From Humibacillus sp. (GTDB taxonomy: Bacteria; Actinomycetota; Actinomycetes; Actinomycetales; Dermatophilaceae), in contig JAKDLG010000001.1 of NCBI GenBank assembly GCA_030452985.1, forward strand, positions 40,613-104,612: a stretch of 64,000 bases of DNA. The letters run 5' to 3'. Both the position numbers and the translations under genes were made by a program. The notes beneath the pieces were generated by a model. That model had not been told where the DNA came from, did no database searches, and saw only the letters and a list, made by a program, of their open reading frames with translations. Position 1 is the first letter of the stretch. Each line of letters begins with the position of its first letter. Positions 49,926 through 59,707 of this stretch are shown piece by piece.

Positions 49926-50137
49926 GCGCGGACTGTACCCGGCCTCGGTAGCGTCGGCTCACGATGCGGGTCAGGTCGGCCCCGATCAGACGGGAGCGCC
50001 GCGTGAGCACACGGGTCGAGACACCGACCGTCGTGTCGTGGCCGGCCGCTGTCTCGCCGCTCGTCGCACCGACGCCGGTGACCTCATGACCTTTGGCGCC
50101 GGCGGGGTGCGGCTGCCCGGACACGCGGAGGCCATCG

Positions 50138-53100
50138 ATGGTTGACCATGTCGAGCTCAGACCGGGCGGCTACCACGACTCCGTGAGCCTGATGCAGGTC
50201 TCTCGGGCGGTAGCGACGGCGCCCGGGGTGGAGGCGGCGCAGGTCGCGATGGCGACCGACCTCAACCTCGAGGTGATCGCCTCCATGGGCTTCACGGTGC
50301 CCCCGGGCGCGGGGCTCAATGACCTCGTCGTCGTGCTGCGTGGTGACGCCGCCGCCGTTGACGCCGGCCTGGAGGCGCTGGAGTCTGCCTTCGCCGCGCT
50401 CCACTCCGCGGCGGCACGGTCGACCGGATTCGGCGAGCCACCGCAGCCCCGCACCCTCGGCGGCGCGGTCGCCCTGTCGCAGGCCAACCTCGCCCTCGTG
50501 TCGGTTCCCGGCCCCCACGCCGCAGTCGAGGCGCTCGACGCGATCCGGGCCGGCGTCAGCGTCATGGTGTTCTCCGACAACGTGCCCGTCGAGCAGGAGG
50601 TGCAGCTCAAGGCCACCGCCGCTGAGCGGGGCGTGCTCGTCATGGGCCCCGACTGCGGCACCGCGGTGGTCGGCGGGGTGGCTCTCGGGTTCGCCAATGT
50701 CGTGCGGGAGGGGTCGGTGGGCATCGTGGCGGCCTCCGGCACCGGGGCCCAGCAGGTCATGTGCCTGCTCGATGCGGCCGGCGTCGGTATCAGCCACTGC
50801 CTCGGCGTCGGTGGACGCGACCTGACCGGAGAGGTGGGTGGTCGTTCGACCCGGCAGGCGCTGGCGGTTCTCGCCACGGACCCGCTCACCACCTCGATCA
50901 TCGTGGTCTCCAAGCCACCGGCCCCACGGGTCCTCGCCGCGATCGAGGCGGATGCCGTCGGGCTGGGCAAGCCGGTCAGCTGGGCGATCCTGGGGCCGGG
51001 GCGGCCCGACCTGACCAGCGTGGTCGAGTCGGTGCTTGCCGATACGGGGACCGGGCCAACCGGCTGGCCGAACCGCAAGGTCGAGTGGCCCACCGGGCAG
51101 GGGGAGTGGCCAGCGGCCCTGCCCGGCTCGCTGCGGGGACTGTTCTGCGGGGGCACGCTGGCCGACGAGGCGATGCTGATCGCCACCGAGTACGTGGGCG
51201 GCATCCGGTCGAACATCGCGCTGTCGCCCGACCTGGCCCTCGGGCCCGACCTGCGCCACGAGGGCCATCTCGTCATCGACTTCGGCGACGACGCGCTGAC
51301 GCGGGGGAGGGCGCACCCCATGATCGACCCCTCTCTCCGGCTGGCACGCATCGCCACCGAGGCAGCCGACCCCACCTGCGGAGTGTTGCTGCTCGACCTG
51401 GTGCTGGGTCACGGCGCCCACCCCGACCCGGCACCTGACCTGGCCGCAGCCATCGCGTCGGCCCGCCGGGTGGCGGCCGACGGCGGGCGCGAGCTGCCCG
51501 TGGTCGTCTCGCTCATCGGCACCGGCGCCGACCCCCAGGGCTGGGCGCGCTCGGCCGACCTGCTCGCTGCCGCCGGGGCCGCTGTGCTGCTCTCCAACGC
51601 CGAAGCCACCCGGTACGCCCTGAACCTGCTGGGCCACCGAACGCGGCCGCATCAGGTGCCCCCGTCGCAGCCTGAGGCCGGTCAGCGCCCTGTCGCCGCT
51701 GTGGAGACTGTCTTCCCGGGCACGACAGGCGTGCAGATGCCGCTCGAAGGCGAGGTCACGGTGGCCACGGCAGGCGCGGCTGCCCTGACGGATGCCCTTC
51801 GTGAACAAGGGATCTCTGTCACGCAGGCGAGCTGGCAGCCGCCGGTTACTGGCGCCGAGAGCGACCTCTGGGCAGTGTCGACCGACATCCGGCGCGACAC
51901 CGCCAACGCCCAGGCGCTGGCCCGCATGACGGCAGCCGGCGCCGAACTCGTCGACGTGCGGCCCGCGAGTGAAGCCCTCGGTCTCGGGCGCGGCACCTTT
52001 CTGCACGCCGGTCCGCCCATCACCTTCGCGCGGGCATCGGGGCCGTTGCGGGGGGCGCTCATCGGGGCCATGCTGCTCGAGGGGCTGGCTGACACCGCGG
52101 AGGAGGCCGAGACCGCCTTGACCCGCGGCGAGGGCATCGTGCTCGAACCGTGCCACCACCGCGGCGCGGTGGGCCCGATGGCCGGGGTCATCTCACCGTC
52201 GATGTGGGTCTACGAGCTGCGCGACGAGGTGCACGGCAACACCTCCTGGTGCTCGCTCAACGAGGGCCTCGGCAAGGTGCTGCGCTACGGAGCCTACGGC
52301 CCGGAGGTCATCGACCGGCTGCGCTGGATGGGCGCGGTGCTCGGGCCGATCCTGCAGCAGGCGGTGCGGGCGCGGCTGCACCAACAGGGACCGATCGACG
52401 TCAAGGCGATCATCGCTGCGATGCTGCAGATGGGCGACGAGGGGCACAACCGCAACCGGGCCGGGTCGTTGTTGCTGCTGCGCGAGCTGCTGCCCACGAT
52501 GATCACCGCCGACGCGCCCAGCAGCGACATCGCCGAGGCGGTCCGCTTCTCGGGGGCCAACGAGCACTTCTTCCTCAACCTCGGGATGCCGGCCTGCAAG
52601 CTGGCGACCGTGGCGGCCCACGGCATCCCGGGCTGCACGGTCGTCACGACGATGGCCCGCAACGGCACCGACTTCGGCATCCGGGTCTCCGGCACGGGCG
52701 ATGCCTGGTTCACTGCTCCCGCGGGCACCCCCGAGGGGCTCTTCCTGGGTGACTACGGCCCGGCTGACGCCAACCCCGACATCGGCGACTCGGCGATCAC
52801 CGAGACCGCCGGAATCGGTGGGTTCGCCATGGCAGCGGCGCCCGCCATCGTGCGCTTCGTCGGGGGCGACGTGGCGTTCGCCCTGCGCACCACTGCGACG
52901 ATGTACGAGATCACGGTGGGTGAGCACCCGGCCTACCAGGTACCGATTCTCGAGTTCCGGGGCACCCCGACCGGCATCGACGTCGTCGCGGTGGCCCGCA
53001 CCGGCATCCTGCCGCAGATCAACACGGGGATGGCAGGGCGAGTCGCCGGTACCGGTCAGGTCGGAGCGGGTCTGGTGACACCGCCCGCCGCCTGCTTCAC

Positions 53101-53149
53101 CCAGGCCCTCGCGGCGCTGGCCGCCCTGACCGAGCGGCCCCACCTCTGA
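50138..53149 (+). CDS. Fusion protein: FdrA-like (succinyl-CoA-synthetase-alpha-like) N-terminal half plus a DUF1116 (YlbE-like) C-terminal half.
   Basis: The N-terminus MVDHVELRPGGYHDSVSLMQVSR resembles E. coli FdrA. The C-terminal half carries LHAGPPI, EPCHHRGAVGPMAG, LNEGLGKVLRYGAYG and GDSAITETAGIGGFAMAAAP, matching my recollection of YlbE/DUF1116. A GGAGG lies 8 nt upstream of ATG 50138. Confidence 0.75.
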   Translation: MVDHVELRPGGYHDSVSLMQVSRAVATAPGVEAAQVAMATDLNLEVIASMGFTVPPGAGLNDLVVVLRGDAAAVDAGLEALESAFAALHSAAARSTGFGEPPQPRTLGGAVALSQANLALVSVPGPHAAVEALDAIRAGVSVMVFSDNVPVEQEVQLKATAAERGVLVMGPDCGTAVVGGVALGFANVVREGSVGIVAASGTGAQQVMCLLDAAGVGISHCLGVGGRDLTGEVGGRSTRQALAVLATDPLTTSIIVVSKPPAPRVLAAIEADAVGLGKPVSWAILGPGRPDLTSVVESVLADTGTGPTGWPNRKVEWPTGQGEWPAALPGSLRGLFCGGTLADEAMLIATEYVGGIRSNIALSPDLALGPDLRHEGHLVIDFGDDALTRGRAHPMIDPSLRLARIATEAADPTCGVLLLDLVLGHGAHPDPAPDLAAAIASARRVAADGGRELPVVVSLIGTGADPQGWARSADLLAAAGAAVLLSNAEATRYALNLLGHRTRPHQVPPSQPEAGQRPVAAVETVFPGTTGVQMPLEGEVTVATAGAAALTDALREQGISVTQASWQPPVTGAESDLWAVSTDIRRDTANAQALARMTAAGAELVDVRPASEALGLGRGTFLHAGPPITFARASGPLRGALIGAMLLEGLADTAEEAETALTRGEGIVLEPCHHRGAVGPMAGVISPSMWVYELRDEVHGNTSWCSLNEGLGKVLRYGAYGPEVIDRLRWMGAVLGPILQQAVRARLHQQGPIDVKAIIAAMLQMGDEGHNRNRAGSLLLLRELLPTMITADAPSSDIAEAVRFSGANEHFFLNLGMPACKLATVAAHGIPGCTVVTTMARNGTDFGIRVSGTGDAWFTAPAGTPEGLFLGDYGPADANPDIGDSAITETAGIGGFAMAAAPAIVRFVGGDVAFALRTTATMYEITVGEHPAYQVPILEFRGTPTGIDVVAVARTGILPQINTGMAGRVAGTGQVGAGLVTPPAACFTQALAALAALTERPHL

Positions 53150-53527
53150 TCGCGCTGCGACGACGCACTCCCCGGCGGTGCCTTCTCGAGAGCGTCGCCA
53201 CGGTCGACGAGATCGGAAGGTTGCGACAACCCGGAGACTCACGGTGCGCTGCCACCGGGTCGACCTCGTCCCGACCGGCTGCGAGCTCGCGTCAGATGTG
53301 GCCCCCTCATCCTGCGCACCCGCGGCTGGGACGGTCGGCCCCGTCGGTGCGGCCAGGGCTGCCTCTCGGTCGGGGGGCCGGCAGCCTGACACCCCGCGAT
53401 AGCCCGTCTGTGGAGGGTCGGCAGCGGCTGGCGGGGGTGATCCTCCACGTCCCGGATCGCGGGGCATGGCGGGTCGGAGAAAAACAGATTGGGGAGTGTC
53501 GGTCGTCCCGCTTACTCTGGATCAGCC

Positions 53528-55456
53528 ATGCGAGACTTCCCGCCCGATATCCGGGCCTACACCGAAACCGGGCGTGCGGGCGACGAGCCAGACACGCGAA
53601 GCCCGCGCACCTTCCTGCGTTGGATGGTCGTTCAGCAGGGCGGCCTCTTCTGGTTCGGTCTCTTCGTCGCGCTGATCTGGATGGTGCCGCAGACCCTCGG
53701 ACCGTGGATCGTCGGCCGGGCCATCGACACCGGCATCGTGGCCGGCGACTCCACAGCCACGATCAAGTGGGTGGTGGTGCTCGCCGTCGTCACCGTCGCC
53801 GGCGCCCTGAGCGGCATCGTGTTCCACACCGTCATCGTGCGCGAGTGGCTGATCGCCCTCTACGGCACGACGATGCTCGTGACGCGTAAGGCGTTGCGGC
53901 TCGGCCACGTGCTGACCCGGCGTACCCCCACCGGGGAGGTGCTGTCGGTCTCGGGCAGTGACGGCGACCAGTTCGGTGCCCTGATGGAGATCACCACCCG
54001 GGCCTTCTCACAGCTCGCCGCCTACCTCGTGGTGGCCGCCATCGTGCTGACCACCTCGGTGCGCATGGGCCTGCTCGTGCTCGTGTCGGCGCCGCTGCTG
54101 GTGCTCCTCGGCGCACCCCTGCTGCGGCCGATGCAGCGCTGGCAAGGCGTCGAGAGGTCGCGCAACTCCGAGCTGACGTCGATGGCGACCGACATCGTGG
54201 CCGGGCTGCGCATCCTGCGGGGCATCGGTGGCGAGGAGACGTTCGGCGGAAACTATGCCGCACAGTCGCAGCGGGTGCGCCAGTCGGGGGTGGCGGCCGG
54301 TCGCTGGCTCTCGGCCGTCGAGTCGGTCGGGGTACTGCTCTCCGGCGGCTTCGTGGTCGCGTTGCTGTGGCTCGGCACTCGTGAGCTCGCCGTGGGCCGC
54401 CTCACCGTGGGGCAGTTCGTCAGCTTCCTCGGCTACGGGCTGTTCCTGGTACAGCCGATGCGCACGTTCGTCGAGTTCGCCCAGAAGTGGACCCGCTCGG
54501 TCGTCTCCGCTCGCAAGGCGATCGCGGTCTACGAGCAGCGCTCGCCGTGGCACCGCCCGGCGCAAGGACGCGAGCTGCCGTCGGACGCGACCATCATCGA
54601 CGAGGTCTCCGGAGTCACGATCTCGCCGGGTCGCCTGACCATGGTCGTATCGGCGGTTCCCGACGACACCGCGGCTCTGGCCGACCGGCTCGGTCGCTAC
54701 CTGCCGAACGACGAGGAAGCACTCGTCAGCGAGGAGATCCCCGAAGAGCTCAAGGGCCGTGCGGCCCGACGCGAGCGTTCGAGGCGAGCAGCCGCGCGTG
54801 CTGCCCAGGCCGACCGCGACGACGAGCGCGCGGGCCGGCCCTGGGGTGTCACCGTCGGCGGTGTCGACCTGTTCGAAATTCCCCTTGAGGTCGTGCGCGA
54901 AGGCATCCTCGTCAGCGACACCACGCCTCAGGTCTTCGCCGGCACCCTGCGCAGCGCCGTCGACCCGCTCGGTCGCCTGACCAGAGAGCAGGCCGAGCGG
55001 GCCCTCTACACGGCCGCCGCCGACGACGTCTTCGACGCCCTTCCCGGCGGCTGGCAGGGCGAGCTCGACGAACGGGGTCGCGGGCTCTCCGGCGGTCAGC
55101 GCCAACGCCTGGTGCTCATGCGCGCACTCGCAGCCGACCCCGAGGTGCTCGTGCTCGTCGAGCCCACGTCGGCGGTCGACGCCCACACCGAGGCCGCCAT
55201 CGCAGCCCGCCTGGGGGAGCACCGGGCCGGGCGAACCACCGTGGTCATGACCGCCTCCCCGCTCCTGCTGCACCACGCCGATGAGGTCGTGCTCCTCGTC
55301 GGTGGGCGGGTCAGCGAACGGGGGAGGCACTCCGACCTGCTGGCCGGCTCAGCCACGTATCGCGCCGTCGTCGTTCGGGGCGACCTGGAACCTGATGACG
55401 CACGTGACTCCACGAGCTCTGACGTGCTCGCCTCCACAGGGGAGAGTGCCCGATGA
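53528..55456 (+). CDS. ABC exporter subunit (fused TMD-NBD) with a degenerate, non-catalytic NBD.
   Basis: There are six TM helices and then an NBD. In the NBD, Walker A is replaced by MVVSAVPDDTAALADRLG and Walker B is VLVLVEPTSAVD (no catalytic Glu). The signature LSGGQRQRL is intact. Confidence 0.85.
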   Translation: MRDFPPDIRAYTETGRAGDEPDTRSPRTFLRWMVVQQGGLFWFGLFVALIWMVPQTLGPWIVGRAIDTGIVAGDSTATIKWVVVLAVVTVAGALSGIVFHTVIVREWLIALYGTTMLVTRKALRLGHVLTRRTPTGEVLSVSGSDGDQFGALMEITTRAFSQLAAYLVVAAIVLTTSVRMGLLVLVSAPLLVLLGAPLLRPMQRWQGVERSRNSELTSMATDIVAGLRILRGIGGEETFGGNYAAQSQRVRQSGVAAGRWLSAVESVGVLLSGGFVVALLWLGTRELAVGRLTVGQFVSFLGYGLFLVQPMRTFVEFAQKWTRSVVSARKAIAVYEQRSPWHRPAQGRELPSDATIIDEVSGVTISPGRLTMVVSAVPDDTAALADRLGRYLPNDEEALVSEEIPEELKGRAARRERSRRAAARAAQADRDDERAGRPWGVTVGGVDLFEIPLEVVREGILVSDTTPQVFAGTLRSAVDPLGRLTREQAERALYTAAADDVFDALPGGWQGELDERGRGLSGGQRQRLVLMRALAADPEVLVLVEPTSAVDAHTEAAIAARLGEHRAGRTTVVMTASPLLLHHADEVVLLVGGRVSERGRHSDLLAGSATYRAVVVRGDLEPDDARDSTSSDVLASTGESAR

Positions 55457-57426
55457 GCTCCGCTGCGGGCACCCAGCTGGCCCCGCTGAGGCCGGAGCTG
55501 GCCACGGAGTCGCGGCGCACCTGGGATGCGGCCATCGACCTGCCCCCGGTTCCCGATGAACTGCGGCCACCCGTTGAGGCGTCGCCGACCGAGCGGGCCG
55601 GCGCGATGCGTCGCCGCCACCTGCTGCGTGAGCGTCGCGCGCAGGAGTTCGTGGCCGACACGATGAAAGCGCGCTCCGGCCTGCCCATTGCCGACACCCG
55701 CAGCGTCGTCAGCTTCGTCGGAGGGCTGCTCCGCGACCAGCGGCTGCTGGTGGTCGCGGTGGTGGGCTTCAACGCCCTGGCTGCGATCGCGGGCCTGCTC
55801 GTGCCCCGGCTGCTCGGCCAGCTCGTCGACTCGACCGTGGCCGACGTGCAGGCCGGTCGGGTGGATGCCGCCCTCGCGGGAGCGAACGCCACCGCGCTGG
55901 TCGTCGCCGGTCTCGTCGTGGTGCAGGGCGTCGTGACGTTCGCGGCCAAGCTGTCGGCGACCGTGCTCGGCCAGGGCATCCTCGCCTCGGCCCGCGAGTA
56001 CGTGGTGCGCGCCATCCTGCGTCTGCCGCTCTCGCGCGTCGAGAGCGCCAGCTCGGGAGACCTCGTGACCCGGGTCACCCGCGACGTCGGCACGATGAGT
56101 GAGAGCGTCCGTTGGGCCCTGCCCGAGTCGATCGTCGCGAGCATCACGGTCGTACTGACCCTGGTGGCGATGGTGAGCAACTCGGTGCCCCTCTCGCTGC
56201 CCTCCATCGTGCTGATGGCTCTCGCCATGATCCAGGTGCGGCGCTACCTGGCCCGGGCGCCCAAGGGCTACCTGACCGAGGGCGGCAGCTACTCGCGCAT
56301 CAACACCACGCTCACCGAGACGGTCGAGGGCGCCCGCACGGTGGAGGCGCTCGGCCTGGCCGGTCGCCGACTCGAGCGGGGCGACGACGACATTGCAGTG
56401 TCGGCGCAGGCGGAGCGGTACACGATGACCCTGCGCAACCTGCTCTTCATCGTCATGGACTTCGCGTTCAGCCTCCCGCGGGTGCTGGTGCTGCTGTTCG
56501 GCGCGGTCGGCTACACCCAGGGCTGGGCCTCGCTGGGACAGATCACGGCGGCCATCCTCTACACCGAGGCGTTATGGGGGCCCTTCGACATGTTGGTGTC
56601 GACGGTCGACCGGGTGCAGGTGGGCATGGCTTCGACCACGCGTCTTCTCGGCATCGCGACCGTGCCACCCGATCGCGAGGCCGGTGAACACCGGCCCGTC
56701 GGGCGCGAGCTGGTGGGCACCGACCTGCGCTACGCCTACCGCGAGGGCCACGACGTGCTGCACGGCATCGAGCTCGACCTGCGCACCGGCGAACGGCTCG
56801 CCATCGTGGGGCCTAGTGGTTCCGGCAAGTCGACGCTGGGTCGGTTGCTGTCGGGCATTCACGGTCCGCGAACCGGGTCGGTCGCCGTCGGAGGGGCCCC
56901 GCTCACGGGGCTGCCGCTCGAGGTGCTGCGATCCGAGGTGGCGCTCGTGACCCAGGAGCATCACGTCTTCATCGGCACGCTGCGCGACAACGTGGTGCTG
57001 GCTCGAGAGGGGTCAAGTGACGATGAGGTACGAGCCGCGCTCGGCGCCGTCGACGCCCTGCTCTGGGTCGACCGGCTCCCCGACGGGCTCGACACGCGGC
57101 TGGGCTCCGGGCAGCTGGTACTGACTCCGGGGCGGGCCCAGCAGGTGGCCCTGGCCCGACTGATCCTCGCCGACCCGCACACCATCGTGCTCGACGAGGC
57201 CACCTCGCTCATCGACCCGCGCACGGCCCGGCATCTCGAGGGGTCGATGAACGCGCTGCTCGCGGGGCGAACAGTCGTGGCCATCGCCCACCGGCTGCAC
57301 ACGGCCCACGACGCCGACCGCATTGCCGTCGTCATCGACGGGCGCATCGCCGAGCTGGGCAGCCACGACGAGCTGGTCGATCTGGGAGGGGAGTACGCCG
57401 CCCTCTGGGGCGCCTGGACGTCGTGA
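55453..57426 (+). CDS. ABC exporter subunit (fused TMD-NBD) with a canonical Walker A/B and a degenerate signature motif.
   Basis: Canonical GPSGSGKST and TIVLDEATS are present, while the signature is LTPGRAQQVALAR. The ATGA overlap with the upstream subunit indicates a heterodimer. Confidence 0.9.
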   Translation: MSSAAGTQLAPLRPELATESRRTWDAAIDLPPVPDELRPPVEASPTERAGAMRRRHLLRERRAQEFVADTMKARSGLPIADTRSVVSFVGGLLRDQRLLVVAVVGFNALAAIAGLLVPRLLGQLVDSTVADVQAGRVDAALAGANATALVVAGLVVVQGVVTFAAKLSATVLGQGILASAREYVVRAILRLPLSRVESASSGDLVTRVTRDVGTMSESVRWALPESIVASITVVLTLVAMVSNSVPLSLPSIVLMALAMIQVRRYLARAPKGYLTEGGSYSRINTTLTETVEGARTVEALGLAGRRLERGDDDIAVSAQAERYTMTLRNLLFIVMDFAFSLPRVLVLLFGAVGYTQGWASLGQITAAILYTEALWGPFDMLVSTVDRVQVGMASTTRLLGIATVPPDREAGEHRPVGRELVGTDLRYAYREGHDVLHGIELDLRTGERLAIVGPSGSGKSTLGRLLSGIHGPRTGSVAVGGAPLTGLPLEVLRSEVALVTQEHHVFIGTLRDNVVLAREGSSDDEVRAALGAVDALLWVDRLPDGLDTRLGSGQLVLTPGRAQQVALARLILADPHTIVLDEATSLIDPRTARHLEGSMNALLAGRTVVAIAHRLHTAHDADRIAVVIDGRIAELGSHDELVDLGGEYAALWGAWTS

Positions 57427-57526
57427 CGCCCTGCCGGATGCCGTTCACCCCGGCGCTCGGGCGAGGGGGAGCAATGCGAAGGGCCGGGTCCAGGCCGCGA
57501 GCTGTCCCGGGGACGCGTTCAGCGGG

Positions 57527-58081
57527 TTAGTACATCGACAGGGCGGTCGCACCGACGGCGGCGAACAGCGCCACGGCTCCGAGGGTGGCCGACACCGCGC
57601 CGACGCGCAGCGCCCGCTCCACCCGCCGCTCCGACTCGTCGATCTCGTTCTCCAGGGTGCGCACCTGAGTGTGCAGCTCCAGTCGGTGATCTTCCGTCAG
57701 CACGTCCGTCCCGGGCCGCCCCTCCGGCACCCGCGCGCGCTCCACCCGCGGGCCCGTGTCGCGGGTGTCGAGGTGGCGGCGCACCGAGTCGAGTCGGGCC
57801 AGGGACACCCGTGAGTCGAGCCGGCTCGAGTGAACGCGGTAGGTGGCAACCATGGCGACCAGCCACGCCACCAGGCCGAGCAGGAGCGTGGCCGCCACCG
57901 CAGCATCGGCAAGCAGGGTCGTTCCGCGCATCACCGTCATGGTGACCAGCACGAGCACCAGGGCGACGGAGAGCCAGCGCGCGACTCGGCGAGCCGAGCG
58001 GAGCCGATCGAGGCGACGTTGCTGGAGGTATACCCTCAGCACCGCTGACGGCGCGGCGCCGTACGGGACAGCCGTGGGCAT
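57527..58081 (-). CDS. Hypothetical membrane protein with a coiled-coil segment.
   Basis: A 184-aa ORF with two central TM helices, a charged helical region (LELHTQVRTLENEIDESERRVERAL) and a C-terminal TM helix. Confidence 0.5.
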   Translation of the reverse strand: MPTAVPYGAAPSAVLRVYLQQRRLDRLRSARRVARWLSVALVLVLVTMTVMRGTTLLADAAVAATLLLGLVAWLVAMVATYRVHSSRLDSRVSLARLDSVRRHLDTRDTGPRVERARVPEGRPGTDVLTEDHRLELHTQVRTLENEIDESERRVERALRVGAVSATLGAVALFAAVGATALSMY

Positions 58082-58339
58082 CGGGCCTCCTGCCGTTCGA
58101 CGGATGGGCTATTCGTCCGTTATGCGGGGATCCTACGCCCAGAATACCGCTCTGCGCGAGTTGGCGGTGGCTTCGACCTGGGCCAGTTCTTCCACCGACC
58201 CATTTCCGAACCGAGCTGTCACGAATCAGGATCCGACCGGCGGTCGTCTCGCCCGCCGACCCGAGGTCGGGCGGCGGTTGCCGCAGCCGGTGTGTGACGA
58301 CCCCTCGACGGCATCCGCGCGACATGTGATGGTGGGACC

Positions 58340-59617
58340 ATGAGCGCAGAAGAGTCACGAGCCACCTACCTCCTCGTCGGCGGCGGCCTTGCCGTGTCGC
58401 GTGCCGTCGAGGGCATCCGAAGCCTCGACCAGAGCGGCAGCATCGTGCTGGTGACGGAGGAGGAGCGACTGCCCTACGAGCGACCGCCGCTGTCGAAGGC
58501 GGCGCTCAAGGGCGACGACCCCGTCGAGTCGGCCTTCACCCACGAGGAGAGCTGGTACACGGCCAACCATGTCGACGTCAGGCTCGGTGACCCCGCGACT
58601 TCGCTCGATGCGGCAACGAGCGCCGTCACGCTGCACGATGGCGCCGTGGTCGGCTACGACAAGCTGCTGATCGCCACCGGCTCGTCGGCGCGGGCCCTCG
58701 AGGTGCCGGGGGCCGACCTCGAGGGCGTGCTCTACCTACGTCGGATGCCCGAGTCGACGGCTCTGCGAGCGCGCTTCGCCTCCGGACATCGCCTGGTGAT
58801 CGTCGGAGCCGGCTGGATCGGTCTCGAGGTGGCCGCAGCGGCCGTCGACGCGGGCTGTCAGGTGACGGTGGTCGAGCCCCAGCCGTCGCCCCTCTTCGGT
58901 GTGCTGGGCCCGCAGATCGGAGGCTGGTTCGCCGAGCTGCACCGCTCGCACGGTGTGCAGTTCCAGTTCGGTGAGGGCGTCGAGCGACTGGCCGGCGAGG
59001 GGCAGGTGACCGGCGTGGTGACCAAAAGCGGACAGACGCTGGCCGCCGACACCGTCGTCGTGGGGGTGGGGATCAGCCCGAACACGGGTCTGGCCGAGGT
59101 AGCGGGGCTGGCGGTCGACAACGGCATCGTCACCGACAGCTCCTTGCGCAGCTCCGACCGTCAGGTATGGGCCGCCGGTGACGTCGCGAGCTGGCTGAGC
59201 CCCACGCTGGAGACCCACGTGCGCGTGGAGCACTGGGCCAACGCCAACGACGGTGGGTACGCCGCTGGGCGAATCATGGCCGGAAGCAACGAGGTCTACG
59301 ACCCCATCCCGTTCTTCTTCTCCGACCAGTACGACGTCGGGCTCGAGTACGCCGGGTACGTGCCCCGCGGCACTGACACCGAGCTCGTCGTTCGCGGTGA
59401 CCTGGCGAGCAACGAGTTCATGGCCTTCTGGGTCGTCCCTGCCGATGGTTCAGCCGATGGGTCAGCCACGGGTGCCGGTGAGGTGCGGGTGCTCGCGGGC
59501 ATGCACGTGAACGTCTGGGACACCATCGATGCCGTGCAGCAGCTGGTACGCGATCGTACGACCGTCAAGCGCAACAAGCTGGCTGACCCCGACGTGGCCC
59601 TGACCGACCTCACCTGA
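58340..59617 (+). CDS. NAD(P)/FAD-dependent oxidoreductase (ferredoxin reductase-like pyridine nucleotide-disulfide oxidoreductase family).
   Basis: Motifs YLLVGGGLAVSRAVEG, YERPPLSK, VIVGAGWIGLEVAA and AAGDVA are present. Confidence 0.8.
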   Translation: MSAEESRATYLLVGGGLAVSRAVEGIRSLDQSGSIVLVTEEERLPYERPPLSKAALKGDDPVESAFTHEESWYTANHVDVRLGDPATSLDAATSAVTLHDGAVVGYDKLLIATGSSARALEVPGADLEGVLYLRRMPESTALRARFASGHRLVIVGAGWIGLEVAAAAVDAGCQVTVVEPQPSPLFGVLGPQIGGWFAELHRSHGVQFQFGEGVERLAGEGQVTGVVTKSGQTLAADTVVVGVGISPNTGLAEVAGLAVDNGIVTDSSLRSSDRQVWAAGDVASWLSPTLETHVRVEHWANANDGGYAAGRIMAGSNEVYDPIPFFFSDQYDVGLEYAGYVPRGTDTELVVRGDLASNEFMAFWVVPADGSADGSATGAGEVRVLAGMHVNVWDTIDAVQQLVRDRTTVKRNKLADPDVALTDLT

Positions 59618-59707
59618 ACAAGCGGTCACCGCCCGAGGACTTCGGGTACCGATGGTGGCCCACCCACCTGCCGTCCCCATGCTTCGCTCAGCGGCTCGGG
59701 TGGCAGG

